DNA of 64,000 nucleotides from Gemmataceae bacterium (lineage in GTDB: Bacteria > Planctomycetota > Planctomycetia > Gemmatales > Gemmataceae): NCBI GenBank assembly GCA_022616435.1, contig JAKEET010000045.1, positions 18,013 to 82,012 on the forward strand, given 5' to 3'. The notes under the pieces are model-generated. The model worked only from the letters and a program-made list of their open reading frames with translations. It was not told the origin of the DNA and searched no databases. The translations under genes were made by a program, and so were the position numbers. This document shows positions 41,489 through 50,976 of this stretch, piece after piece; position 1 is the stretch's first letter; each line of letters begins with the position of its first letter.

Positions 41489-42730
41489 ATGCTGCCCAAA
41501 CCCTGGACCCAGCGCCTCGCCGCCGTGCGAGCGACCGCCGTCAACCGCGTGCTGCAGGAAGCGCGGCAAGTGCAGGCGGAAGGCCGCTCGCTGGTGTCGC
41601 TGATGCGCGGCCAGCCGGATACGCCGACGCCCGGCCACATCGTCGAGGCGGCAATCAAGGCCTTGCGCGACGGCCACACTGGTTATCCGGACAACCAGGG
41701 CGAGCCGATCCTGCGGCAAGCGGTCGCTGCGAAACTGGAGCGCGAGCAGGGATTGAAATACGATCCCGACCGCGAAATCCTGATCACCGACGGCGCCACG
41801 GCCGGCCTGTTCTGCGCCCTGGGAATCTTGCTGCAGCCCGACGACAACGTCCTGTTGCCCGATCCGATTTATGATGCGTACGCTTCGCCGATTGCGCTTT
41901 GGGGAGGCCGCCCCCTGGCTGTTCGCTCCAGAATCCGCGACGGCCGCTTCACGCTGGAGCACGACCTCCTGAAGTCGATCTGCACGCCGCGCTCGCGAGC
42001 GCTTCTCTTGAACACGCCCTGGAACCCGACCGGAACCGTGTTGACGCGCGACGAACTGGCCGCATGCGTCGCATTTGCGGAGCGGGCCGACCTCTACGTC
42101 ATCAGCGACGAAATCTACGAGAACCTGATCTACGACGGGCGGCGGCACGTCTCCCCGGCTGCCATCTCGCCGGAAGCCAGGAAACGCACGCTGATCGTCA
42201 ACAGTCTGTCCAAGACGTATGCCATGACGGGCTGGCGCGTCGGCTATTGCGCGGGGCCGGCCGAGATCATCCAGGCGATGTACCTGGTGCTGCAGCAATT
42301 CAGCCGCGGCCCGGCCACGTTCGTGCAGCACGCGGCGGCCGCGGCGCTGAACGGCGCTCAAGCGTGCGTCCAGGCCATGAGGGCGGAGTATCAAGCGCGT
42401 CGCGATCGCGTGGTGGAAGCGCTGCGCGGCTTGCCGCCCGGGCGCCTGGAGGACGGCTCGGTCGCCAAGACTTGGAACAATGAGCCGCTGGTCCCTGAAG
42501 GAGGCCTCTTTGTGATGCTCGATCTGCGCGGGCTTGGAATGCGGTCCGACGACGTGCGTCGCTTTCTGCTCCGCGAAGCCGGCGTGGTCGTCATCCACGG
42601 CGCCGCCTACGGCGACGGCGGCGAACATACCCTGCGCATTTCGTTCGCGGCTGGCGGCACGGTGCTCGAGCAGGGCCTGCAGCGACTGCGCGAAGGATTA
42701 CTCCGGCTTGCGTCCCGCACGATGCCCTAG
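41489..42730 (+). CDS. class I/II PLP-dependent aminotransferase
   Basis: NSLSKTYAMTGWRVGY (PLP-Lys region). Overall aspartate/aromatic aminotransferase-like layout. Confidence 0.8.
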   Translation: MLPKPWTQRLAAVRATAVNRVLQEARQVQAEGRSLVSLMRGQPDTPTPGHIVEAAIKALRDGHTGYPDNQGEPILRQAVAAKLEREQGLKYDPDREILITDGATAGLFCALGILLQPDDNVLLPDPIYDAYASPIALWGGRPLAVRSRIRDGRFTLEHDLLKSICTPRSRALLLNTPWNPTGTVLTRDELAACVAFAERADLYVISDEIYENLIYDGRRHVSPAAISPEARKRTLIVNSLSKTYAMTGWRVGYCAGPAEIIQAMYLVLQQFSRGPATFVQHAAAAALNGAQACVQAMRAEYQARRDRVVEALRGLPPGRLEDGSVAKTWNNEPLVPEGGLFVMLDLRGLGMRSDDVRRFLLREAGVVVIHGAAYGDGGEHTLRISFAAGGTVLEQGLQRLREGLLRLASRTMP

Positions 42731-42739
42731 CTCCAAATC

Positions 42740-45700
42740 ATGAGTCTCGCGTCCCTGCCGCTGGTCGATGGTCCATCGGCCGCCGATCGGCGATCGGTGG
42801 ATGCCGCCGCGGTGCGGGGCGCCTTGACGTCCGCCGTTTCCGGCGAAGTCCGCTTCGAGCGACTCGATCGCGCCCTGTACTCCACCGACGCCAGCGTCTT
42901 CCAGATCGTACCGCTCGGCGTCGTCATTCCCAAGTCTCGCGCCGACGTGATTGCCACGCTCGAAACCTGCGCCCGCTTCGGCGTGCCGATCACCGCCCGC
43001 GGCGGCGGCACCTCGCAGGCCGGCCAGTGCATCGGCGCCGGCGTCATCCTCGACTTCTCGAAATACCTGAACCGGATTCTCGAAGTGAACCCGGCCGAAC
43101 AGTGGGTGCGCGTCGAGCCCGGCTGCGTACTCGACGATCTCAATCATCATGTGAAACCGCACGGCCTGCTGTTCGCGCCCGACATCTCCACCGCCAACCG
43201 CGCCACCATCGGCGGCATGATCGCCAACAATTCCTCCGGCACGCACTCGCTGATCCACGGCAAGACCATCGATCACCTGCTCGAGCTGACGGTACTGCTC
43301 GCCGACGGCAGCCTCGTTCATTGCCGACCTTTGAACGAAGCAGCGCTTGCGGCGAAGTGCCGGCAGACCGATCTAGAGGGGAGCGGTTATCAGGTGGTTC
43401 GACGATTGGCGACGGAACACGCGGACGAAATCGACCGCCGCTTTCCGAAGATATTGCGCCGCGTTGGGGGGTATAATCTGGATCGCTTCGCCGCTTGCGG
43501 CTTAGCGCTCGCGGTGTCCGACACGAGCGCTAAGCCGCAAGCGGCGGAATTCAACCTTGCCGATCTCTTCGTCGGCGCCGAAGGCACGCTCGGCATCGTC
43601 CTCGAAGCGAAGCTGCGCCTCGTGGAACTTCCCAAAACCAAGGCCCTGCTCGTCGTGCAGTTCGCGGGTTTGCTGGAAGCCCTGGCCGCGACGCCGGCGA
43701 TCTTGACGCATCGTCCCGCCGCCGTCGAAGTCATGGATCGCTTCATCCTCGACTGCACGCAACTCAATCCCGAAGCGAGCCGGCTGCGCGACTTCATCCA
43801 GGGCGATCCGGGCGCGATCCTGATCATCGAGTTCTATGGCGACCAGGCAGCCGAGCTGCCGCCGCGCCTCGAAGCGCTGGAAGCTGACCTCCGTTCCCGC
43901 AACTTCGGCTACCACCACCATCGCGCCGTCGATCCGGCGGCCCAGGCCCGCATCTGGAAGCTGCGCACGCTGGCGCTCGGCCTGTCGATGGCGGAAAAAG
44001 GCGACGCCAAGGCGATCTCGTTCGTCGAAGACACCGCCGTCGATCCGGAGCGGCTGCGCGACTACATCGGAGAGTTCTTGCAAGTCATCGAACGCCATGG
44101 GACCAAGGCCGGCGTCTATGCCCACGCCTCGGTCGGCTGTTTGCACGTCCGGCCCATCATCAATCTGAAAACCGACGACGGCGTCCGCCGCTTCCAAGCG
44201 ATCGCGGATGAAGTCGCCGACCTGGTCCTGAAGTACGGCGGCGCTCTGTCCGGCGAGCACGGCGACGGCCTGGTCCGCAGCCCGTTCCAGGAAAAAATGT
44301 TCGGCCCGATACTGTACCAAGCGTTTCGCGAGATCAAGCGCACGTTCGATCCGCAGAACCTGCTCAACCCCGGCAAGATCGTCGATGCGCCGCCGCTGAC
44401 CGCCAACCTGCGCTACGGGCCTGCGTACGTCACCCCGGACGTGGCGACCACCTTCGACTTCTCGAGCGACGGCGGCCTGACGCGCGCCGCGGAGTTGTGC
44501 GCCGGCATCGGTGAATGCCGCAAGACCCGCGCAGGGACGATGTGCCCTTCGTATCACGCGATCCGCGACGAGCTGCACAGCACCCGCGGCCGGGCCAACA
44601 CGCTGCGGCTGGCGCTCACCGGGCAGCTCGACCTGAACGGCCTGACCGACCCCGCCGTTCATGCCGCCATGGATCTTTGCCTGGAATGCAAAGCGTGCAA
44701 GAGCGAATGCCCGACCAACGTGGACATGGCGCGATTGAAGGCGGAGTTCCTGCACCAGCATCACGCGAAGCACGGCCTGCCCTGGCGAAGCTGGCTGTTC
44801 GGCAATGTTGCCGCGCTCGGGAAATGGGGCTGTCGTCTGACGCCGGTCTCGAACTGGTTGACACGCAATCGTTCTACTCGGTGGCTGAACGACAAGCTGC
44901 TCGGCATCGACCGACGGCGACCGCCGCCGCGGTTTGCATCACGGAAGGACCGGGCCGCCCTTGCGGACTTTCTGTTCACCGCCTGCCAGGACCGCGATCA
45001 GCCGCCCAGGCAAAACGTCGTATTCTTCCCGGACACGTTCGTGCGCTACTACGAACCGGCCGTCGGGCTGGCCGCCTGTCAGCTGCTGGATCAGCTCGGG
45101 TGCGGCATCTACCTCGATTTCGAGCTCGACTGCTGGGACTCGATCCCGACTCCGCCCCTGAGCGATCTGTTCCCGCGTGCGCGCTGCTGCGGCCGGCCGT
45201 ACATCTCCAACGGCATGCTCGATCAGGCAATCCGCTGCGCCAGCGCCAACATCGAATGGCTGTACCCGCTCGCGGCCGAGGGCAATCCCATCGTCGCCTG
45301 CGAGCCGAGCTGCATCTTGACGATCAAGGACGACTACCCTGCCCTGCTGCGCGGCGAGCTGCGCCGGCAAGCCGAGGCGGTCGCGGCGCGATGCGTCACG
45401 TTCGAGGAGTTTGTCGGGGAGCAATTCGCGACAACGGGCCAAACGTTGCAGCCGGGCCCGAAGAAAATCCTCGTGCAGGGTCATTGCCACCAGCGTTCGC
45501 TGGCCGGCATGAGCGCGACGCTTCGGCTACTGCGCCGCATCCCGGGCGCCGAAGTCATCGATCTCGATGCCGGCTGCTGCGGCATGGCCGGGTCGTTCGG
45601 CTACGAGAACGAGCACTACGAGATTTCGCGCCTCGTCGGCGAGCAGCGATTGTTCCCGGCAGTGCGCCAGGCTGATCCGGAGCAGGCTGAGCCGGAGCAG

Positions 45701-45802
45701 GCGATCGTGGCGCCGGGCTTTTCGTGCCGATTGCAAATCGAGCATTTCACGGGACGACAAGCGGTGCATCCGGCGATGTTGTTGCGCACCAGCATGTTAT
45801 GA
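42740..45802 (+). CDS. FAD-linked oxidase (GlcD-like) fused to 4Fe-4S and CCG cysteine-rich (GlcF/GlpC-like) domains, ~1020 aa
   Basis: FAD-binding PCMH region (VIPKSRADVIATLETCARFGVPITARGGGTSQAGQ). 4Fe-4S motif CLECKACKSECP. C-terminal CCG-type repeats (CEPSC...; DAGCCGMAGSFGYE). Confidence 0.8.
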   Translation: MSLASLPLVDGPSAADRRSVDAAAVRGALTSAVSGEVRFERLDRALYSTDASVFQIVPLGVVIPKSRADVIATLETCARFGVPITARGGGTSQAGQCIGAGVILDFSKYLNRILEVNPAEQWVRVEPGCVLDDLNHHVKPHGLLFAPDISTANRATIGGMIANNSSGTHSLIHGKTIDHLLELTVLLADGSLVHCRPLNEAALAAKCRQTDLEGSGYQVVRRLATEHADEIDRRFPKILRRVGGYNLDRFAACGLALAVSDTSAKPQAAEFNLADLFVGAEGTLGIVLEAKLRLVELPKTKALLVVQFAGLLEALAATPAILTHRPAAVEVMDRFILDCTQLNPEASRLRDFIQGDPGAILIIEFYGDQAAELPPRLEALEADLRSRNFGYHHHRAVDPAAQARIWKLRTLALGLSMAEKGDAKAISFVEDTAVDPERLRDYIGEFLQVIERHGTKAGVYAHASVGCLHVRPIINLKTDDGVRRFQAIADEVADLVLKYGGALSGEHGDGLVRSPFQEKMFGPILYQAFREIKRTFDPQNLLNPGKIVDAPPLTANLRYGPAYVTPDVATTFDFSSDGGLTRAAELCAGIGECRKTRAGTMCPSYHAIRDELHSTRGRANTLRLALTGQLDLNGLTDPAVHAAMDLCLECKACKSECPTNVDMARLKAEFLHQHHAKHGLPWRSWLFGNVAALGKWGCRLTPVSNWLTRNRSTRWLNDKLLGIDRRRPPPRFASRKDRAALADFLFTACQDRDQPPRQNVVFFPDTFVRYYEPAVGLAACQLLDQLGCGIYLDFELDCWDSIPTPPLSDLFPRARCCGRPYISNGMLDQAIRCASANIEWLYPLAAEGNPIVACEPSCILTIKDDYPALLRGELRRQAEAVAARCVTFEEFVGEQFATTGQTLQPGPKKILVQGHCHQRSLAGMSATLRLLRRIPGAEVIDLDAGCCGMAGSFGYENEHYEISRLVGEQRLFPAVRQADPEQAEPEQAIVAPGFSCRLQIEHFTGRQAVHPAMLLRTSML
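43491..43544. repeat. 54-bp perfect palindrome of REP family D, inserted in-frame (18 codons, ...FAACGLALAVSDTSAKPQAA...) within the FAD/Fe-S oxidase CDS
   Basis: CCGCTTGCGGCTTAGCGCTC-GCGGTGTCCGACAC-GAGCGCTAAGCCGCAAGCGG. The arms are identical to the intergenic copy at 33063-33120. The CDS frame is preserved. Confidence 0.7.
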
Positions 45803-46046
45803 CTTGCCGAGGGATCTTTACACTCCTCAGATTAGGTGCTTTCCCGTAGTCGCAGATGCAACATGTTCCAGATCAACGAGTTAAGCATTTCTTCTCATCG
45901 GGCAGTTTCGGACCACCATCTGGTTCGCTGAGACTAACAAGTTGTAATTGGTTATGCGTCAATGAGTTATACCTCGGCACACGCGCAGCGCGGACATTTC
46001 TTCTCACGACGGGCCTGCTCGTGAGATGAGATGAGAAGAAACAGCC

Positions 46047-47357
46047 TCACCACAGCAACCCGTACAGCACATAGCACCACACCGCCCCGACCACCGACAT
46101 CGCCAGCCCCCACAAGAGCATCTTCACGAACACCTTCTGCCGGTCTTCCTCCGGCCCGGCGCCGGCGATGCACAGCGCCCCGATCGTGGACAAGGGCGAC
46201 GAATCGACCAGGTGCCCGGCCACGATCACGGCCAGCGCCAGGGCCAACGGATCGCTGTCGGGCAGGCGCTCGGCGATCCCCGAGACCATCTGCAGGAACA
46301 CCGGCAACACGACCGCCGAGGTGCTGCTGTAGACCGACACGATCGCCGCCACGAAGCCGAGCACGGCCGGGGCGGTTTGCGGTGTGGAGATCTGCACCAC
46401 GAGCTGGGCGAACAGCTCGTTGCCGCCGGTCTTTTCGAGCAGGGCCGTCAGGACATTGATGCCGCACACCATCAAGATGACGCTCCAGGGCATTTTCTTG
46501 ACCGCGTCGCGGTCGTCGGCCAGTCCGGTGACGGCCAGGATGATCGCACAGGCAAACGCTCCCATGCCGACGTGGACTCCACCCAGAAGCACCGCGATCA
46601 AGAGCGTGCCGATCAAGCCGATGGTCAGCCAGTGCGCTGCCTCGAATCGGTGTTCGCGGACGGGCTGATCCTCGGCGGCGGCCGGCGCCGCGTACCAGCG
46701 CAACAGCAGCGGCAAGCCGCCGAAGATCACGAACGCCAGCGCCGCCACGGCCGCGTGGGCAATGAGATTGTGGACGAACATCTCGCTGGTGTGATCGGGC
46801 AGACGGATCTTGGACATCTGCGTGTCGGCGATGATCCCGGTCGGCGAGATCGGCGACAGCGCGCCGGCCAGCGAGCCATGGCCGACGACGATCGCCATCA
46901 AGGCCGCCGGGATCCGCGCCTTGCCGGCAATGTTCATGGCGGTCGGCGCGATCAGCGCCGCGGCGGCGATGTTCCCGGCGCCGACCATCGCGAACCCGGC
47001 CGCCAGCAGGAAGAACATCCACGGCATCAAGCCGACGTTGCCGCGGCACAGCCCGATGGCGGCGTGGGCGATCCGGTCGAGCGTGCCGTTCACCTGGGCT
47101 TGCGTGAACAGCAAGCTGACGCCGCAGAGCGTCAAGAACAGATCGATGGGAAACCCGCCGACCACGTCGCGCATGAGCTCGCGCGTGGTGAGGTTGACGC
47201 CGTAGAGCGGCCGCAGGTACATGCCGATGATCCAGGCCAGGGCGATGGCCAGGAAGCCCGGATGCACGCGGTTGGTGCAGCTCAGGACGATGACGATGAA
47301 CAGCGCGATCAGCGAGACCCAGGCCAGGCTCATGAGGATGCCTCGGTAAGAGTTCAT
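46047..47357 (-). CDS. anion permease (ArsB/NhaD-CitMHS superfamily-like), ~12 TM
   Basis: MNSYRGILMSLAWVSLIALFIVIVL... is highly hydrophobic with internal-repeat topology. cat at 47355-47357. The 503-aa ORF in the other frame (45967..47478) is Arg/Gly-rich junk. Confidence 0.65.
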   Translation of the reverse strand: MNSYRGILMSLAWVSLIALFIVIVLSCTNRVHPGFLAIALAWIIGMYLRPLYGVNLTTRELMRDVVGGFPIDLFLTLCGVSLLFTQAQVNGTLDRIAHAAIGLCRGNVGLMPWMFFLLAAGFAMVGAGNIAAAALIAPTAMNIAGKARIPAALMAIVVGHGSLAGALSPISPTGIIADTQMSKIRLPDHTSEMFVHNLIAHAAVAALAFVIFGGLPLLLRWYAAPAAAEDQPVREHRFEAAHWLTIGLIGTLLIAVLLGGVHVGMGAFACAIILAVTGLADDRDAVKKMPWSVILMVCGINVLTALLEKTGGNELFAQLVVQISTPQTAPAVLGFVAAIVSVYSSTSAVVLPVFLQMVSGIAERLPDSDPLALALAVIVAGHLVDSSPLSTIGALCIAGAGPEEDRQKVFVKMLLWGLAMSVVGAVWCYVLYGLLW

Positions 47358-47588
47358 CGCAGTATGGCCCGGCGCGAGGACTTTCGCAAGGAAATGCCGG
47401 CGTCCCGTGCGGAAGTGAACCTGGGCGGCGGCCGCGCGTCTCTTTGGAAGGCCCGATTGCCGGTGTTGAGCGGCACACGAGCCTTTGCTAGAATGCGTAG
47501 GTAGCCGGATTCTGATCATGAATCAGAGCCGGCCGAGCCGATCTTGCCAACAGCAGGCTCGGACTTATGATTGGCTCAGCCAATCCAC

Positions 47589-47663
47589 GGTGGGTGTAGC
47601 TCAGCTGGTTAGAGCGTCAGACTGTGGATCTGAATGTCGGGGGTTCGAGTCCCCTCACCCACC
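47589..47663 (+). tRNA. tRNA-His (anticodon GTG) with encoded G-1
   Basis: G-1 + acceptor GTGGGTG/CACCCAC, D-arm TAGCTCAGCTGGTTAGAGC, anticodon loop CTGTGGA, T-arm GGGGG-TTCGAGT-CCCCT, discriminator C. Confidence 0.85.
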
Positions 47664-47933
47664 CTTTGCTCATCCTCGGCAGCCGGCGAGCGTTGAAGCG
47701 TAAGCTCAACGCGCTCGCCTCCACGTCGGGCTTACGCCGCGACGCTCGCCTCCCATTTTTCTGGAAAGTCTGAACAAGAATGGTTATCTTCTGAGGAACT
47801 ACGTGACGCTGCTCGCGTATGCCGAGGTCATTCGCAAGGTCCTGCCCGGAGAACGCCGCCGCGAGGTTGCTTCGGTCAGGCGTCTGACCTCGGAAAGTTG
47901 ATTCCCACCGACGATTCCTTCCTCGAGGACGCC

Positions 47934-48548
47934 ATGGCCAAGAAAAAGACCGTGATCACCCCGGAGTACGACGCCATTCGCCCGACGCTCGACACGGGCG
48001 ACATTGTCCTGTTCGGCGGCAAGGGGGCGCTCAGCCAAGGGATCAAATGGTTCACGCGGAGCCGCTGGTCGCATGTGGGCATGGTGATCCAGCTGGAGTG
48101 GGGCGTCTTTCTGTGGGAATCGACGACGCTGACCGACCTCGAGGATTTCGACACCGGCACGATGACCGAGGGCGTGCAGCTCGTGGTGCTCAGCGAACGG
48201 ATCAAGAAGTACGACGGCGAGATCGCGGTCCGCCGGCTGGAATGCGAGCGGACCGCCGCCATGCTCGACAACCTGAAGCAATTGCGTCTGGAGCTGCGCG
48301 GCAAACCGTACGAGAAGGCCAAGATCGAGCTGATCAAGGCGGCCTACGACGGCCCGTGGGGCGACAACATCGAGGACCTCTCCAGCCTGTTCTGCAGCGA
48401 GATGGTCGCGGAGGCTTACCAGGCCATGGAGCTGCTGGGCGAGGATAAGCCATCCAATGAATACACGCCGGCCGACTTTTCGACGGAGACAGAGCTGGAC
48501 TTGCTGGGCGACGCCCGCCTGCACAAGGAGAAGCTGATCAAGGCGTGA
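47934..48548 (+). CDS. YiiX/YaeF-like permuted papain-fold amidase (DUF830/C92 family-like)
   Basis: [29 protein letters not shown] signature. A GAGGA SD precedes ATG 47934. Local GC is lower than the surrounding genome. Confidence 0.5.
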   Translation: MAKKKTVITPEYDAIRPTLDTGDIVLFGGKGALSQGIKWFTRSRWSHVGMVIQLEWGVFLWESTTLTDLEDFDTGTMTEGVQLVVLSERIKKYDGEIAVRRLECERTAAMLDNLKQLRLELRGKPYEKAKIELIKAAYDGPWGDNIEDLSSLFCSEMVAEAYQAMELLGEDKPSNEYTPADFSTETELDLLGDARLHKEKLIKA

Positions 48549-48582
48549 CCGTACTCATTCCACTCGATCCAAGGAGCTTCCG

Positions 48583-49911
48583 ATGCGTCATTCCCTGGTA
48601 ACCCGCCGCGATTTCCTGGCCGCCAGCGCGGGCGCCCTGGCCACGGCGCCGGCATGTCTGCGGGCGCAGGACGCCAACAGTCGCCTCAACATCGCCATCA
48701 TCGGCTCCGGCGGCCGCGGCGGCGGCAATCTTTCGAGCGTCAGCTCCGAGAACATCGTGGCCCTGTGCGACGTGAGTCAGAACGCCCTCGATGCCGCCGG
48801 GGCCAGGTTCCCCAAGGCGCGCAAGGAACGTGACTTCCGCCGGCTGTTCGACCATCAGCGCGAGTTCGACGCCGTCGTCGTCAGCACTTGCGAGCACACG
48901 CACGCTTTCGCCACCATGCTGGCGTTGCGGCACAACAAGCACGTCTACTGCGAGAAGCCGCTGACGCACGGCATCTGGGAAGCGCGGCGGATTCGCGAGG
49001 TCGCCGCCCAGACCAAGGTGGCCACCCAGATGGGCATCCAGATCCACGCCACCGAGAACTACCGCCGCGTGGTCGAGCTGGTGCGCGCCCAGGTCGTCGG
49101 ACCGATTCGCGAGGCCCACGTGTGGGTCGGCCGGGTCTGGGGCTGGCAGAGCGCCGAAGCCGCCAAGCGGAACCGCGACATCATTCACACCGTGGACCGG
49201 CCCAAGGAAGAGATGCCGGTTCCCGCGGGGCTCGACTGGGAGTTGTGGCTCGGCCCGGCGCCCTACCGCCCGTTCCATTCGGTCTACGTGCCGGGGCCGC
49301 GCTGGTATCGCTGGTGGGACTTCGGCTCGGGGACAATGAGCGACCTGGGGAGCCACTGGGTCGATCTGCCGTTCTGGGCCTTGCAACTCGAGGCGCCGTT
49401 GACGGTCGAAGGCAGCGGACCGCCGCCGCACCGCGAGATCGCGCCGGCGTCGATGAGCGCGACCTACGAGTACGGCCCGCGCGGCCAGCTGCCGCCGGTG
49501 CGGCTCACCTGGTATCAAGGCGAAGACAAGCCGCGCATCTGGCGCGACCGCGGCATCCCGCAATGGGACAGCGGCTGCCTGTTCATCGGCGCCAAGGGGA
49601 TGATCCTCGCCAACTACGGCCGCTACGTGTTGCTGCCCGAAGAAGCGTTCCGCGACACGCGCTTGCCCGAGCCGACGTTGCCGCGCGTGCGCAGCCATCA
49701 CGCGGAGTGGATCGACTGCTGCAAATCGGGCCGCGAGTGCTCCGCGAACTTCACCTATTCGGGCTGGCTGACCGAAGCGAATCATTTAGGGAGCGTCGCC
49801 TATCGCCTGGGCAGGAAACTGGAATGGGATGCCAGGAACCTGCGGGCGACGAATGCGCCGGAGGCGAACGCTTTGATCCGGAGGGGATATCGTAAGGGAT
49901 GGGAACTATAG
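48583..49911 (+). CDS. Gfo/Idh/MocA family oxidoreductase with Tat signal
   Basis: [13 protein letters not shown] Tat motif. NAD-binding N-terminus ([12 protein letters not shown]...[12 protein letters not shown]). ...[15 protein letters not shown]. Confidence 0.8.
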   Translation: MRHSLVTRRDFLAASAGALATAPACLRAQDANSRLNIAIIGSGGRGGGNLSSVSSENIVALCDVSQNALDAAGARFPKARKERDFRRLFDHQREFDAVVVSTCEHTHAFATMLALRHNKHVYCEKPLTHGIWEARRIREVAAQTKVATQMGIQIHATENYRRVVELVRAQVVGPIREAHVWVGRVWGWQSAEAAKRNRDIIHTVDRPKEEMPVPAGLDWELWLGPAPYRPFHSVYVPGPRWYRWWDFGSGTMSDLGSHWVDLPFWALQLEAPLTVEGSGPPPHREIAPASMSATYEYGPRGQLPPVRLTWYQGEDKPRIWRDRGIPQWDSGCLFIGAKGMILANYGRYVLLPEEAFRDTRLPEPTLPRVRSHHAEWIDCCKSGRECSANFTYSGWLTEANHLGSVAYRLGRKLEWDARNLRATNAPEANALIRRGYRKGWEL

Positions 49912-49952
49912 ATCGACCGGAACCGCCAGTCCATTTATTGGAGATCGCACTG

Positions 49953-50891
49953 ATGAAAGCTTTCCGCCGCGCTGTGTTGCTCGCACTTCTGTTCTGCTGG
50001 TTCGCCGGCCCGCTGGCCGCGGGCGACAAGGACAAGGACATCTTCAACTACGTCGCCCAGAAGAAGGCGCCCGAGAGCGTCAAGAAGATCGTGTTCGTCG
50101 CCGACACCAGCCCGCACGGTCCGCGCGGCAACCATGAGTTCATGGCCGGCGCCGTCTACATGGCCCGCACCCTCAACGCCCATTACGACAACGTCTACGC
50201 CACCGTCCATCCGCAGTACCAGTGGCCCAAGGATCTGGCCCATGCCGACGCCATCATCGTGCTGCTCAATCACGGCGGCTCGGCGGTCAACCCGGCGGTG
50301 CGGGCGGCGGTCGAGCGCGGCGCCGGCTTCATGGCGATCCACTACGGCGTCGAGGTCAACAAGGGCAAGCAGGGCGACGCGTTCCTCCAATGGATCGGCG
50401 GTTATTTCGAAACCTACTGGTCGGTCAATCCGTGGTGGACGCCGACGTTCGACAAGATCCCCAAGCACGAGACCACGCGCGGCGTCAAGCCGTTCACGGT
50501 CAACGACGAATGGTACTATCACATGCGCTTCGTCAGCGACATGAAGAACGTGACGCCGATCCTGACCGCCACGCCGCCGCTCAAGACGCTCGGCAACAGC
50601 GACAAGCCGTCGGCCCGCGGCGGCAACCCGGACGTCTTCAAGGCCGTCAAGGACGGCGCGCCGCAGCACATGGCCTGGGCCTACGTCCGCCCCGACGGCA
50701 ACCGCGGCTTCGGCTTCACCGGTTACCACCGCTACGAGAACCTGCAGAACGACAGCTTCCGCACGCTGCTCTTGAACGCCGTGGCGTGGGTCACGAAGCT
50801 CGACGTGCCGGCCGCCGGCGTGCCGTCAAGGACGCCGACCAAGGATGAACTGGAGAAACTCGCGGATGAGGCACTGCGGTGGCGGAAGTAG
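49953..50891 (+). CDS. ThuA-domain protein (type-1 glutamine-amidotransferase-like), signal peptide
   Basis: MKAFRRAVLLALLFCWFAGPLAA signal. ThuA-like blocks (KKIVFVADTSPHG...; DAIIVLLNHGG). Pairing with an upstream Gfo/Idh/MocA gene is common. Confidence 0.65.
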   Translation: MKAFRRAVLLALLFCWFAGPLAAGDKDKDIFNYVAQKKAPESVKKIVFVADTSPHGPRGNHEFMAGAVYMARTLNAHYDNVYATVHPQYQWPKDLAHADAIIVLLNHGGSAVNPAVRAAVERGAGFMAIHYGVEVNKGKQGDAFLQWIGGYFETYWSVNPWWTPTFDKIPKHETTRGVKPFTVNDEWYYHMRFVSDMKNVTPILTATPPLKTLGNSDKPSARGGNPDVFKAVKDGAPQHMAWAYVRPDGNRGFGFTGYHRYENLQNDSFRTLLLNAVAWVTKLDVPAAGVPSRTPTKDELEKLADEALRWRK

Positions 50892-50976
50892 CATTGGGCG
50901 CCATGCCCACGCAAGTCCGTGGGCATGGCGCCCAAGTCCTTCGAACCTGAAAGCCTGACGGTGACACAGCGCTTAG

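Noticed and set aside
40270-44773. Long - strand ORFs 40270..41679, 41153..42628 and 43502..44773
   Set aside because: They are antisense to the acyl-CoA synthetase, aminotransferase and FAD oxidase, all of which have canonical motifs on the + strand.
45967-47478. 503-aa - strand ORF overlapping the permease in another frame
   Set aside because: It is Arg/Gly/Asp-rich with no hydrophobic helices. The frame 46047..47357 gives a bona fide 12-TM permease.
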